A stretch of DNA of 64,000 nucleotides from Vicugna vicugna (taxonomy: Eukaryota), in NCBI GenBank assembly GCA_013265495.1, contig MU060042.1, positions 5,886,258-5,950,257 of the forward strand. Direction: 5' to 3'. The translations under genes and the position numbers were made by a program. Below the pieces are notes generated by a model that was not told the DNA's origin, did not search any database, and saw nothing but the letters and a program-made list of their open reading frames with translations. This document shows positions 1 through 11,724 of the stretch, in pieces (within the stretch, counting starts at the first letter, position 1; each line of letters starts with the position of its first letter).

Positions 1-1232
1 ACTTGCTTATGGCTTTATTGAACCAAAAACACTTTAAAAATAGTTTGGGAAACGCAGCCGACCCGAGCCCTGGGCGATTCCATCCCGATGCTGGGTCGGA
101 GCCCGGGCCGGGCAGGGGGTGCCTGTGCGGTCCCCCGCAGGAAACCACACCGTGTGTGAGGGAAAAGTCATTTACCACAGACAGACAGACAACAGGCGCA
201 AGGACAGCTGCCGCGTCAGGGCTGGGAGTGAGAACGCCTCGGATTTCTGCTTAATTAAGTGGATTTAAGAGAACAGTCTCCATGTTACCATCAGAAACCA
301 TTGTTATTACTACTGTTAACATCGCAAAAGGAAAGCATTGTGAGTTCACAGGTGCAAACTCCACATCTTGCCAGAAACAAAAGGTGGAAGCGATTGTCCA
401 CCGGCCAGGTTGGCGGCCAGAGCAGCTGCTGTAGCGTCAGGAAAGGGCCTGAGCCCAGCTTTGCCCCGGGTGCCGAGCGGACGACACCTGGCCCTGCGCG
501 GCCACACGGGGCGGCTGGGCGCGCGTCTCTCCTGCAGACCCCCGACCACCCAGGGCTGAAGGAGGCTGACGGGGGCCCCAGGGCAGGGGCTCCTGCAGGA
601 CCCCGGAGGATCAGGTGCAGGTGAGGACCTTGCTGGGCGCCAGGCTCGCCTGGTCCCCCACAGCCTCCTGACCGGACAGGCCGTGTTCACCTGCCGTCCT
701 CGTCTCCTGGCACAGCTGCCGTGTGGTCGGGGACTCCCACAGCAGCCACAGAATCCCACCTTAAACTGGCTCCCCGGAAAGGGGCACTGTCTCCCCACCC
801 ACGTGAGGGGCTCCGGGCGGGCATTCAGGTGCCTCTGCGTCCTGGTAACCAAACAGTTCACGGACCTGCCTCTGGATTCACTTTCCTCCTCAGCCCCAGT
901 GGGTGTAGCTTCCCTTGGTGGGGGCCTTATCTCCCACGACCCCCGAAGCTTCAGAGAACACCAGACCTGAGCCCCAGGGGGGCGGCCTGTGACCCACATG
1001 GAGGAGTCCCTGGGCCATGTCATCTGATGGTGGTGCCTTGTTGGAGAAGAGGGGCCTGGGGTGGCACCATGGGGGCTGCCTGGAGGTGGACATCTTGGGG
1101 GGTCAGAGGTGCCCCCCAGGCTGTCGGCTGGGCTCCACAGCAGGTCCTTTGTGGGGAGAGCTCAGGGGGCACTTCCTGGGCCACAGGCACTGGGGGAAGG
1201 GGACAGTGTCGTGTGATGCGGCCGGGAGTCCT

Positions 1233-1252
1233 GGAAGGAAGGAAGGAAGGAA
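1233..1252 (+). repeat. (GGAA)5 microsatellite
   Basis: Read directly. Confidence 0.9.
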
Positions 1253-2779
1253 ATGTCCCCTGGCATTTGTGTGGGCCACCGGGGCCACCACACAAAGTAC
1301 CACACCCTGGGGGCCTTAAGCCAAGAGAAACGTATGGACGTGTCCCCTCGCAATCCCAGAAGCTCGGAATCGAGGTACCACAGGGCTGTGCTCCCTCTAA
1401 AAGCTGGAGGAGAGGGTCCTTCCTGCCTCTCCCGCCTTCTAGTGGCCCGTCTCTGTCCCCGTCACCTCCTCTTCCTACGAGGACAGTGGCCACCCTAGTG
1501 ACCTCCTGTTCACGAACCCCACCTGCAAAGACTCCGTTTCCACATGAGGTCACTCACAGGTGGCAGGTTACTCCAACACCTCTTTTGGGCAGACACAATT
1601 CACCCCATGACAGGACTGCTCTGAAATAATCGGGACATCTGTTGAGCAATTAGTAGGGGGTAGTCACTGAGGTGAGTGGGCGTCACCTCACTGACCCCTC
1701 ACAGCCAGCCTTAGAGGAGGGCCCTTCACGGTGGGCTCCCAGGGTGCAGGGCGGGGCGGAAATTCACACTCAGGCTGTTGAGATCCTCCCCGGCGTGGGA
1801 CCACGAGGAACTCAGCTGACCTGATTCACAGTGAAACCTGAGGATAACTGAAAACAGCCATTGGAAGCCCCTGGAAGGGGTCCTAGGACAACATCAAATG
1901 AAACGTCCATTCAAGAAAATCTATGAAAATGTGTTAGAAATAGACAGTCTGGTATTTGAACCAAAACTCCCCCTGCCCCAGGCCTTCCCCAGCCCCCCAC
2001 TCAGCGGGGAGGGGGCTCCACCCCAGAGGCTGCAGCCACGAACTAGGGGCTCCCTGCCCCCAGTGGGCTGAGTCCCAGGGGGCGCAGTTGAGAAAAGGGG
2101 CACCTTCTCCGCCCAGCCCCACCTCACGCAGGGGAGTGGAGGCACCTTGAGAACACTGGGAGCCCCGTCACCCTTGCCCGGGCTTCAGAGGGTGGTCCCG
2201 TGCCAGGAGTGGCAGCAGAGAGGACCTCAGACTGCTGCCCCGCCCCTGCAGAGCCTCAGCTGAGAATGGGGGTCACCAAGGACGGGCTTGCCACTGCCCC
2301 ACCCCCAGGTCCACAGTCCTGGCACAGAGGTGTCGCCTGGGGGGCGGGGCGGGGGGAGCAGACTGTAAAACAGATGCCCCCATCAATTCCCAGAGGAACT
2401 GACTTCATTTGCAACAGAAAGTGGAGAAGTTCAAACCCAAGGGTATCTCAAGAGCAGCGGAGGTTGCACTGAAGGAAAGGGAGGGGATGCAGGGACTGAG
2501 TGAAGAAGACACGGCCTGGGCTGTGGGCTGGCCAGCGCGCAGGGGAGGACTGACGCAGGTCAGCCAGAGGAGCCGTCCTGGGGTCAGAACGCACATCAGC
2601 ACTGACCTCAGAAATGACGGTTCCACCCAAAGTCAGGTAAAGAAAGACCGGCCAGCACCACTGCCCCCTCCCGCGAGGAGCCTGAGCACCAAGCTGTGTC
2701 CCCTGAGGAACAGGAGCAGAGGCTGAACACTCGGAGGGGGAGAAGATGGCACTAAAATAAGCCAGCCCCTTACTGAACA

Positions 2780-5045
2780 AATAAATAAGCAAATACTAAC
2801 AAGAAGCCCCAGGTGGGGAGGGTACCAGGACCCACATTTGCTACAACACATCGTCTAAAATGTCCGGTCTCCAACAAAAAATTACAAGGCATGCCAAGAA
2901 GCAGGAGAGCATGATCCAAACAGAAAAAAAAAAATCAGGCAATAGAAGCTGCCTGTGCAAATGAACAGATGCTGGCTTTAACAGAAGAAGGCTGCAACAA
3001 GTGTGCTCACAGAACTAAAGGAAAGCTTGACTGGAGAAGCAATGGGATGTGCGACAACAGCATCCCATCAACTGAGACCGTCAGTGGAGAGACGGAAACC
3101 ATAAAAGAGAACCAAATGGAAACTCTGGAGTCAAAGGTACAACAACTGATGGAAAAGACTCACCAGAGGGTCTTCAGACTCACCTGAACAGCAGGTCTGA
3201 CCTGGCGGAAGAAAGAGCTAGTGGACTTGAAGACAGACGGCGGAGATGGTGGAAGCTGAGGACGGAGGAAACAGATGAGGACCCGGGGGACAGCGTCCAG
3301 CCCAGGGCGCCAGCCCACGGATGGGGACCGCCAGAGGGAAGCGGGAGCAAGGAAGGAAAAGGAAAAGTATCCAGAGATATAACGGCCAGAAACGTCACAA
3401 ATTTATGGAAAAACCATCACCTACCTTCCCAGGAAGCTTGATTGATGATAAATGCGGAAAGACCCGCCAACTGACACGTCACAGTGAAAACACTGAAAAC
3501 AAAGACAAGGGGAAAATCTTGAAAGTAACTGAGAGGAAGCTGATGTGTTGCTCACAGGGGACCCCACTGTGACGGACCCCCTAAGGCAGAGGCAGTGCAG
3601 GCCAGGAGGCAGCAGGAGATATACCCAAAGTGCTCAAAGGAAAAAAAACTGTCAACCAGGAATCCTATACTCAGCAAAGCTATCTTTCAAAAGAAAGAAA
3701 GAAGGAAAGAAAATGGTGAAATGCCGATTTTCCAAGATAAACAAAAACTGAGAATTTGCTGCTGGTAGGCCCACCTTAAAAAGATAAAGGAATTCTTCAG
3801 GCTGAAAGCAAGTGGCCCTGGACAGAAACTGAATCCACATGAAGAAACAGAGTGCTGGTAAAGGTGACTATGTCATTTTATAAGGCAATACAAATGTACC
3901 TTTTCTTCTTTCTTCTCATAACTGATTTAAAAGGCAATTGTATAAAATAATATAGACCTAGTGCACTGTAGGGCCTGTAATTAGTGGAAATGAAATATAC
4001 GTGCAATATTTGTGCCAATAACAGTATAAAGGAAGTGGGTGGAGCAGAGCTGGACGGGACTGAGGAAATGACTCCAGGTGGCAAAGGGGTCATGACTCCA
4101 GTGTGCCGCTGGGCTTGTAGTGTTACTAACTGTCGTTTCTCTAACATAAGACCGCTCGAAGGGGAAAGGGGATAAACCCACGTGGGACCGATGTTCATAC
4201 GTATCACTGGAATTAAGCCAGTGTAAATCTGAAGCTGATTCTGATGTTAAAACGTATGTGATAAACCCTGGGACAACTACTAAGGAAATAGCAACAACAA
4301 CAACGAAAAGTAAAAAGTCATTAAAGGGTTCATAACGCTGCTTTAGGAAATACTCACTCAGCATGAAAGAAAGCAATAAAGGAGGAACAGAGGAATAAAA
4401 CAGACATGGGAAAACAGAAAACAAACAGTGACACGGGAGCAACAGAGCCAACCATGTCAACAATGACACTGCGTGTGGACGCACTTACCAAGCTGACCAA
4501 AAGGCAGGGACTGTCAGCCTGGACAGAGAGCAGGCTACAGGAAGCACACTTGAGATTCAAAGTACAAACGGACTACAAGGGTGGAAAACATTACGCAAAG
4601 AACAAGTACTGGGAGCTGGTATTGCTGCGCTAATGTCAGACAAAACAGATTTTAACACAGAACGTGCTATCAAAGATGAAGAGGGATATCTAATCATGAT
4701 AACAGAGTCAGTCCTCCCGGAGGACACAGCAGTCACAAACATACGTGCACCCCACAACAGAGCCCCAAGTACACGAAGCACAAGCTGATGGAAGGAAGGG
4801 AAAAACAGACGGCTCCACAGCCGTAGAGGGAGCCTCCAGCACTGCACTTTGAATAATGGATGTACCAACCAGACAGGAGACCAACAAGAAACCAGAAGAC
4901 TGGAGCCCCAGCCAGGCCTCCTGGACATCCATGGGGCACGCCGCCCAACAGCAGCCGAACAGACCTTCTTCTCAAGGTCACATGGAACATTCTCCAGAGA
5001 GAATATCCTAGGCTGTGTTCCAGGCTATAAAGCAAATGTGAGCTG
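2780..5045 (+). mobile_element. Decayed ancient LINE-1 (L1M-type): ORF1 remnant, inter-ORF region, ORF2 endonuclease remnant
   Basis: Frame fragments QPGILYSAKLSFK (L1 ORF1 PRILYPAKLSF), ENKDKGKILKVTER (KDKEKILKAARE) and TMTLRVDALTKLTKRQGLSAW...LQEAHLRFK (EN domain ITLNVNGLN.PIKRQRL..W...LQETH). Many stops and frameshifts. Confidence 0.88.
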
Positions 5046-5261
5046 TCCAAGGCCACCACACGAGCAGGCAGTGGGAAGGGGCTGTGGTGGTGGGCAACGA
5101 CCTCTCAGAGGGGTAAGGAGGACCCAGGCAGAGGGGGGACCGACTCAGGTGGGTAGCAGTAACGGGTGGGTGGTGCTCCGGGGGAGGGGAAGGACGTCCG
5201 TTGCCGTGCTGAGTATTGGGCCTGGATCCTGACGCCCTGGCCATGTGCTTAGGGGAGGGAA

Positions 5262-5292
5262 GTTGGTTGGTTGGTTGATTGATTGATTGATT
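5262..5292 (+). repeat. Compound (GTTG)n(GATT)n microsatellite
   Basis: gttggttggttggttgattgattgattgatt. Confidence 0.9.
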
Positions 5293-6994
5293 AACAATTA
5301 CAGTTCTAGACCTGGTGGTGGAGCTTGGAATGGGTGGTCAGGTGAGTTTAGGCAGGAAGAGAAGGCCTCTGCAATGTTCCAGGTAAGAGGGAGTGGGTGA
5401 CAGAGCTTTCACAGATAAAAGCCAAACGGCTAAATGCGTGGACCACTAAGGACACGCCAGACTGAAAAGGAAAGCCTGAAGGTGCCGGCACAGGTGTACA
5501 GCTCCTCCCTCAACTCCAGCCACAGCCAGGAGATTTACTTGCACTGACTTTTTATAAAACCTCAGCTAAGTTTACTTCAAAGTAAATAACTTCTCCCCAA
5601 GTCTGATTTCTTAATGCCAATGTCCACACTCTGGCTAAATGCCAGTGTCCCCAGGCCTACCCCAGCACCTCTGTTCAGCCTGTGTGCTTCCTGCCCGCCG
5701 GTCACGAGGCGCCGCAGGAAGGACGCACACCTGTGCTTCAGTGGAGTCCGATGTGCAAAGTGCTTGTCAGTGGGAAAGTGTAAGTCGGCCTCCGCGTGGC
5801 TTGGCTGTGGGTCCGGCAAGAACACAGCATTTACATTCACCCCGCAGATGTCTGAGGCATTTCCATGAGCAAGAAATGGCACCTGGGGCGCGGCTGAGTA
5901 ACAGGAAGAAAGGGTGGGCTGGGGAGCCGCACCTGCTGAGGACAGCCTGTGGCCCGAGTCTGCAGAAGGCGCCACAGGAGATGACTGGAAGCCCCAGGCC
6001 AGGCGGGCCAAGCCGGTCGCCCGCAGAGCGCCTAGGCCCGGGGACAGAGCGCCCGCCTCAGGGCAGCTCCAGCCGGGGCGAGCTTCCCAGGTCCTGCTGA
6101 CCCGGCCCGGCCCGCCCACGGCTCAGAGGACCGCGTCGCCATAGCAGTTGTGCTTAAACACGAGAACACAGCCACACGACTGCCGAGTCTGGAGAAAATA
6201 ATTGGGCAGGGCGGATGGATTCAAGTGTGCTCCAGGGGAAAGGACCCGGCATCCAAAGGGACTTTGAAAATGGTAAGCTTCTTTGGGTGTATTTGCCCCA
6301 ATAATCCACAGAAACAACAGTAATCTAAAAATAGTCTTGTTTTCTGTCCTAAGCTCCTTTTAACTTCGTTAGTCATCACCAATTCTTAAAATAAAATCCG
6401 TGTAACGTCTCTCCTAGTAGCAGCTATAAACACACCTCGAAAGGAGGCCGGAGGACCCAGAGAGAAGGAAGAGGAGCGCGGGGGGCTGCGGCCGCGGGGA
6501 TGGAGGCCGCTGGCCCCGCGGTGGCCACAGGACCGGCCCGAGGCGGACCCGGGGGCGCGCTGGCCGCGGAGCTGCGCCGCCGCCTCCGGAACTCCCTGCG
6601 CCCTGGCGCGCGGCCACCGTGGTCCCGGCAACGGCATTAAACAGAGGGAAACAGACGGGGATTCCGTCACCCGGGCGGGGGAATAAGGCGCGCATTGAGA
6701 GCAGACAGGAAAAGAGCTTTTCTGGATGGAGTGAAAATTATTTATTGGAGGAGGAGGAGGAAGAGGAGGAGGAGATGGAGGAGTAGCGGCGGCCAACAGC
6801 CCCCAGCTCGGCCCCTCCACAGCCAACGGGCGCCCCCGGCCGAGGGGGTCCCGCGGGCTCTGGGTCGGGGGGCGGCCCCGCGCGTGCGAAAGCGCGAGAG
6901 GGGGGACGGGAGGGTGTGGGGGTCAGTCTTTTTTTTAATAAAACTTTCCAGACCTCCCTTAGCAACCCCCCTACGACTCGGCCGCCTCGTCTTG

Positions 6995-7118
6995 GCCGGT
7001 CCTGAGGTGGGAGGGGGGCGGGCAGTGGGGCGGGAACTCTCCACGCAAAATCCTGGACCGGGCCTGAGGTGGGAGGGGGGCGGGCAGTGGGGCGGGAACT
7101 CTCCACGCAAAATCCTGG
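6995..7118 (+). repeat. 62-bp tandem duplication (two copies, 56-bp identical core)
   Basis: 7001-7056 is identical to 7063-7118. Confidence 0.95.
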
Positions 7119-8159
7119 CACCCGGGTCTGCGGACGCCAGGATCCCGGCAGAAAGATCTTTTCAAAGGGAGGGGCGAGGGAGGGGCGTGGGCGGCGCAGC
7201 CCTGGCGCCCCCTGGCGGCCTCCAGCGCTGGGTGCGCCCCCACCCCCGCAGTCGGGCATCCTCGCGGGGTCCCCCGCCCCCAGCCACAGTATCCACTCTG
7301 GGTTCCCACTCCTTGCGCCTTGGGCACGAGGCGCGTGCCAGGCCCCGCTCTTGGTGTGGGAGCAGATCTATAGGTAGTGGCACCTGAAAAGTGTCCTGAC
7401 ACCCACAAGACACCCGCAGGGGAGACCTGTGCCTGAAACAAGAGATTTCAGCCTTGTTGAGTCGAGGCCGCTGGGAGGAACCGATAAACGGCGGAGGTGA
7501 CGTGGGCATCGCTCCCTCTGGGCCCCTTCCTATTATTTAATATCGCACCCCGAGGAGCCAGCGAAACCCACTGTTGGGTCAAATGTCTCACCCCCACCCC
7601 TTTCCCCGGGTCCCGAGCACCCACCCGCGCGTCCTGCGGGCCTCCTGGTCCCCGCGGCAGACAAGTCTTTTGCTTTGGGTTTATTTTAAACCACATAGGG
7701 TGTCGTGCAATAGATTTATGATTTTATACACCATACATTTTAGCCGCCCTAACACTCCAGTCCCTTCCATCCAAGGCCAACACAAAAATATGGTCCTGTT
7801 TTGGCCACTGAACTGCGCCAAGGAAAAGCAGGAGAGTTTGAAAGCGGAAAGTGTAAAGTGAAACAGCCGGCGTTGGAGCGGCTTCCCCGAGCACCAGCTT
7901 TCAGCTCTCAGACCAGCCCCCACCCCTCATTGGTTAGAAACCCGAAAATCGCGCACCCCCAAAGGCCCCTGACCCCCTGGGGCGGGCCACTGGCCGGCGG
8001 CTGAAAGCCCGGGGTGGGGGTCGCGGTTCTCCACGCCCCCCCACCTCCCCACACACGCTAAGCCAGCCATGCAACAGGCAATCTGGGTCGTTCAGATATT
8101 TACAGAATAAAAATGACAATAACTCCACGTCCCGGGACTGCCATGCAATCTGTTAGTAA

Positions 8160-8660
8160 TTTAGCGGGATGGGAATTTCCTTTCTCCGGCCTGCCAGTGG
8201 AAGCGCTTTTCCAAATTTCCACAGCGGGGGAAGCCTGCGATTTTACATAATGACTTCAGCATGCAGGGCCCTCTCGGCACCCTCGTCGTCTCCTGGCCCT
8301 CCCCCTCGGCTCCCTCATTAAAGCAGAGCGTGATTCTCTCAGGACACCGCGTGGACCCAGGCATCCGGGCTGGTCCGGAGGCCGGGTGCGCCCAGTCGGC
8401 CCCGCGTGCGCCCCTGCTCGCCCAGTGAGCCCCAGCCCGCCCCCCTTGCGCCCTGCGGGCCGGGCGAGCGGCGCCCCGCGCAGGGAGGGGCGGGAGCTCG
8501 GCGACTGGTCCCCCGGGCTCAGCGCCGGCTCGGGCGGGCGGGGGCGTGATGTCACGGCAGGGAGGGGGCGCGGGAGCGGCCGGGCCGGCTGGGAGGCGGG
8601 GGAGGTATTTTCCAGCTTTAAAAAGGCAGGAGGCAGAGCGCGGCCCTGCGTCAGAGCGAG
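8160..8660 (+). promoter_or_regulatory. NFATC1 P1 (inducible, autoregulated) promoter
   Basis: Consensus kB site GGGAATTTCC 8171-8180; tandem NFAT sites TTTTCCaaaTTTCC 8207-8220; CRE-like TGACTTCA 8251-8258 and TGATGTCA 8547-8554; GC boxes; NFAT site ATTTTCCA 8607-8614; TATA-like TTTAAAAA 8617-8624. Matches the known kB/NFAT/CRE layout of P1. Confidence 0.88.
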
Positions 8661-8986
8661 ACTTAGAGACTCCGAACTCGCCGGCACAGTCACCGCGCCG
8701 GGGCGGGCGGCCGGGCGCGGGGACCCGGGCGCGGGCGCACACCTCCGAGCCCCCGCCACCCGCCACCCTGCTCGGGTCCCAGGGCCGCAGCCCGGCCCCG
8801 CCACGCGCGCACACGCCCCTCGTAACATTTCCCCGGGGTGCGCGGCGCTGAGCCCGGACCGACACGCGTCCGCAGGGGGCGAGGGCGCCTTCCTCCCGAG
8901 ACGCGACCCCGGGCGGCGGCGCGGGGCGCCCGCGCCTCCCGCTCCTCCTCCTGCTCCTCCTGCTCCCCTACGCCGCTGCCGCGTGG

Positions 8987-9113
8987 ATGCCAAGTACCAG
9001 TTTTCCAGTCCCTTCCAAGTTTCCACTCGGCCCTCCGGCTGCAGTCTGCGGGAGCGGAGAAACTTTGGGGCCCTCGCCGCCCGCCGGCGGCACCATGAAG
9101 TCCGCAGAGGAAG
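8987..9113 (+). CDS. NFATC1: NFATC1 alternative first coding exon alpha (P1): MPSTSFPVPSKFPLGPPAAVCGSGETLGPSPPAGGTMKSAEE
   Basis: Matches the NFATc1 alpha N-terminal peptide. 127 nt ending in phase 1, donor AAG|GTAAGC at 9114. Confidence 0.97.
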
Positions 9114-11703
9114 GTAAGCTGGCGCGGCCGCAGCCCCTCACTGCGGCCCCCAGGCCCCCAGCCCCGCATCCTGGCCGGGTCCCGTCCCGGGGAGGGGCGA
9201 GCAGGCCGGGCCAGGGTCTGCGCGCAGGGAGGGGCGCGGGCGGCCCGGCGCGCGGCGGGCGCGCTGCACAGATTGGGAAGCGGTGTCCCCCTGGTGTTTC
9301 CCCAGAGCAGCCCTGATTTCGAGCGCGCCTTCTTGCCAATAGGTGTCTCCTCTTCTCTAGCGCTGAGTGCGCGCTCTTGGCCTTCGCTGGTGCAGCCTCG
9401 CGGCTGTAGAAACTCAGTTCAAATGCAGGCGGCTTGAGGACGGGGCGAGATTAGGGCCGTCAGAACTAGGAAGGAAAGACACTTTGGGAAGAAGTGAGGT
9501 TTCTTTGGGAAAGGAGTATGGCCCAGTTACTTCCCCAGTGGGGCAAGGCCACCCTGTGTCTTCGAAGACTGGCCATACAGCGAAGTGTGGGGGTTCTGCG
9601 CCCCTCCACAGGCTTAGTCGGTGGGGGGTTCTCTCCGAGAGCTGGGTCCCCGAACTGCCTCCAACCAGAGCCGCTCCGGGCCGCGCCATCAGGCTGGGGG
9701 CCCGACCCGCAGGATTAAAAGCCATTGAAGGTACTGTTGTGCACAGCCCCTAATTCAAGCCATGTTGCAGACTTATAGGATTCATAATCTTACACAATCA
9801 TAAGACTTGAGAGTTCCAACTGTAGAAAATGTTTCAGGACATTTGGAAAAGGGACCGCCAAGTTTCAAGCTACTTGCTTAGAGTCAGGAAGATAGCTTAA
9901 GAGTCTGCCCCGAAACCTGGTGATGGCAAGGCGCTGGCCACCCTCGCGTGCAGCCTCAGGTCCACAGGTTCCCTCTCCCTCCCTTAAAAGAAGCACTCCT
10001 GGGACCCAGGCAGCCCACAGCTCCTACTGGTTGGTGTTCCTGCAGGTGTCTGAAAATAGCCTGGGAAAGGGTGACCAGCATCCTAGTTAGGGATGACGAT
10101 GGCAAATACGTGGTGGAAACTGGGAGACACCTTTCCAAGTGCCTTATCAGTGCTGAAGTATTTTATTTAAATTATTTTAAGAAAACTGCCAAGCCTGCCA
10201 ATGCGTAGTGAGTGCTTTTGGTTTATAAGGGCAGACACCCTGCTGGGGAGTGCCAGAAACTCAATGCTGTTGCCTCCTGCATGGTTCTAAAAAATGCAAT
10301 GGCTACACTGCCATTTGCAAAGACAGCCAGCTTGGGGTAACGTCCCCATGTTCAGCAGACATGAGCTCAAGCCCACACACTCAATACAGGAAGGCCGATG
10401 TGGTCAGGGTCCTGCTGTCTTACGTTATTTCTACGTGTTGTGCATCACGGAAGGTTATCTTATGTTCCTTACATTTCACCCCAATTTAGAACATGGTTAA
10501 ATGTAAACTTTGGGTAAAGTTTACAGGATGAGCTCTTACTATGAAAAGATTTTTTTAAAAAATTGTTGAGGTTTTGATTTGAAATCTTTGGACACGTATT
10601 TCAAAGTTTTCTCCACATATTCCTCTTATCATTGCTTTGAAAAATGTGGGTCTTTCAAAGGTTAGATTTCTTGAACAGTCGGTGGTCTGTCTGCAATAAT
10701 CTTTTCTCTTACAAGAGGAGCAGGCATCTCTGGGGGTGCTGTTTACTGTTCATGTTTCCTACTTAAGGAAACACGTAAGGTGCCTCTGCTAAGACACAGC
10801 CCCCCGGTCCCAGGGATGCGCTTTGACTGAACACATATGTGTATTTTATAAGGACTGCAGAATTAGGCTTACCAGAATGTATGATCTAATCCTTCCCATC
10901 GACAGGCGCTGGACAGAGAGGCAGAGCCCTCCCTGCAGGTCCACGCCTGCCTGGCTGAGGGCTGGGGGACTGTATCTGGCCCTTCCCCGCAGGCCCGGCC
11001 AGGCCCTCGGTGCCCAGCGACACACTCGGCGATTCCCAGCACTGCCCTCCAGTTTAATGAGCATCTGGTTAGAGCTCATTAGGCGCTGTTGCTTCTGAAG
11101 GCCCCGCGCTTGTTTTTCCGCGTGGGGAAGGCAGAGAAATGCAGGCCTTGTAGGTACACCCACCCACCCGCTCAGAGGTTGCTCCACACAGAATGCCCGG
11201 GGCTCTCCAGAACAGAACAAAGCCCGCCCTGTTCTCCCGCCACTTAACTCCGTGGCGTTGTTTCCTAACCCAGATTAGTGAGGGCCTGCTGCTCTGTCAC
11301 ACCCAGTGCTGGAGCTCTGTGCCCCGTGCACACCCTCCGCCTCTGAGAGGAAGCGCCAAGCTAAACATTTCCATCAAGACAGGAGTGTCTGCTGAATTGG
11401 CAAATAACTCCAAACCATTTACGAGATGAAAGGCACTAGGGGGGTGCTGGTAAGAGGAGCAGTTAAAAAACAGCCACCCTATCTGGTTACCTTGGTTGGG
11501 GATCTAAATCTGATGGTGGGGGGGTCAACTCAGCCTCAGGATAAAGCCGTCCTGAGTCGTGAGCCTGAGGGGCTCAGGTGCCCCCGACGGGTAAACCCAC
11601 ATTTTCCTGGACAGAACAGTTCAGCAAAAAGTTTAACTGATGGTAAGGGCTGTTTTTGTGAGTAAGTTTTTGGTGAGAGTGAGAAGGTGGCTGAAGTTAA
11701 AAA

Positions 11704-11724
11704 AGAGAGAGAGAGAGAGAGAGA
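11704..11724 (+). repeat. (AG)n microsatellite
   Basis: Read directly. Confidence 0.9.

Larger units (their letters stand above)
6440..9340. promoter_or_regulatory. CpG island(s) over the upstream region, P1 and exon alpha
   Basis: Visibly high GC and CpG density at 6440-7330 and 7850-9340 (judged by eye, not computed). Confidence 0.8.

Noticed and set aside
4354-5059. ORFs near the L1 endonuclease remnant as a possible intact or domesticated gene
   Set aside because: Fragmented by stops and frameshifts, no reverse transcriptase region; decayed retroelement.
5295-5400. Possible L2 fragment
   Set aside because: Similarity too weak to support by eye.
6995-7118. Tandem repeats (also 36800 and 60660) as a CRISPR-like array
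   Set aside because: Eukaryotic locus, no unique spacers, no cas genes.
6386-9339. Many 100-250 aa ORFs on both strands in the CpG island
   Set aside because: Expected artefact of very high GC content; Arg/Gly/Pro/Ala-rich, no homology apart from the alpha exon.
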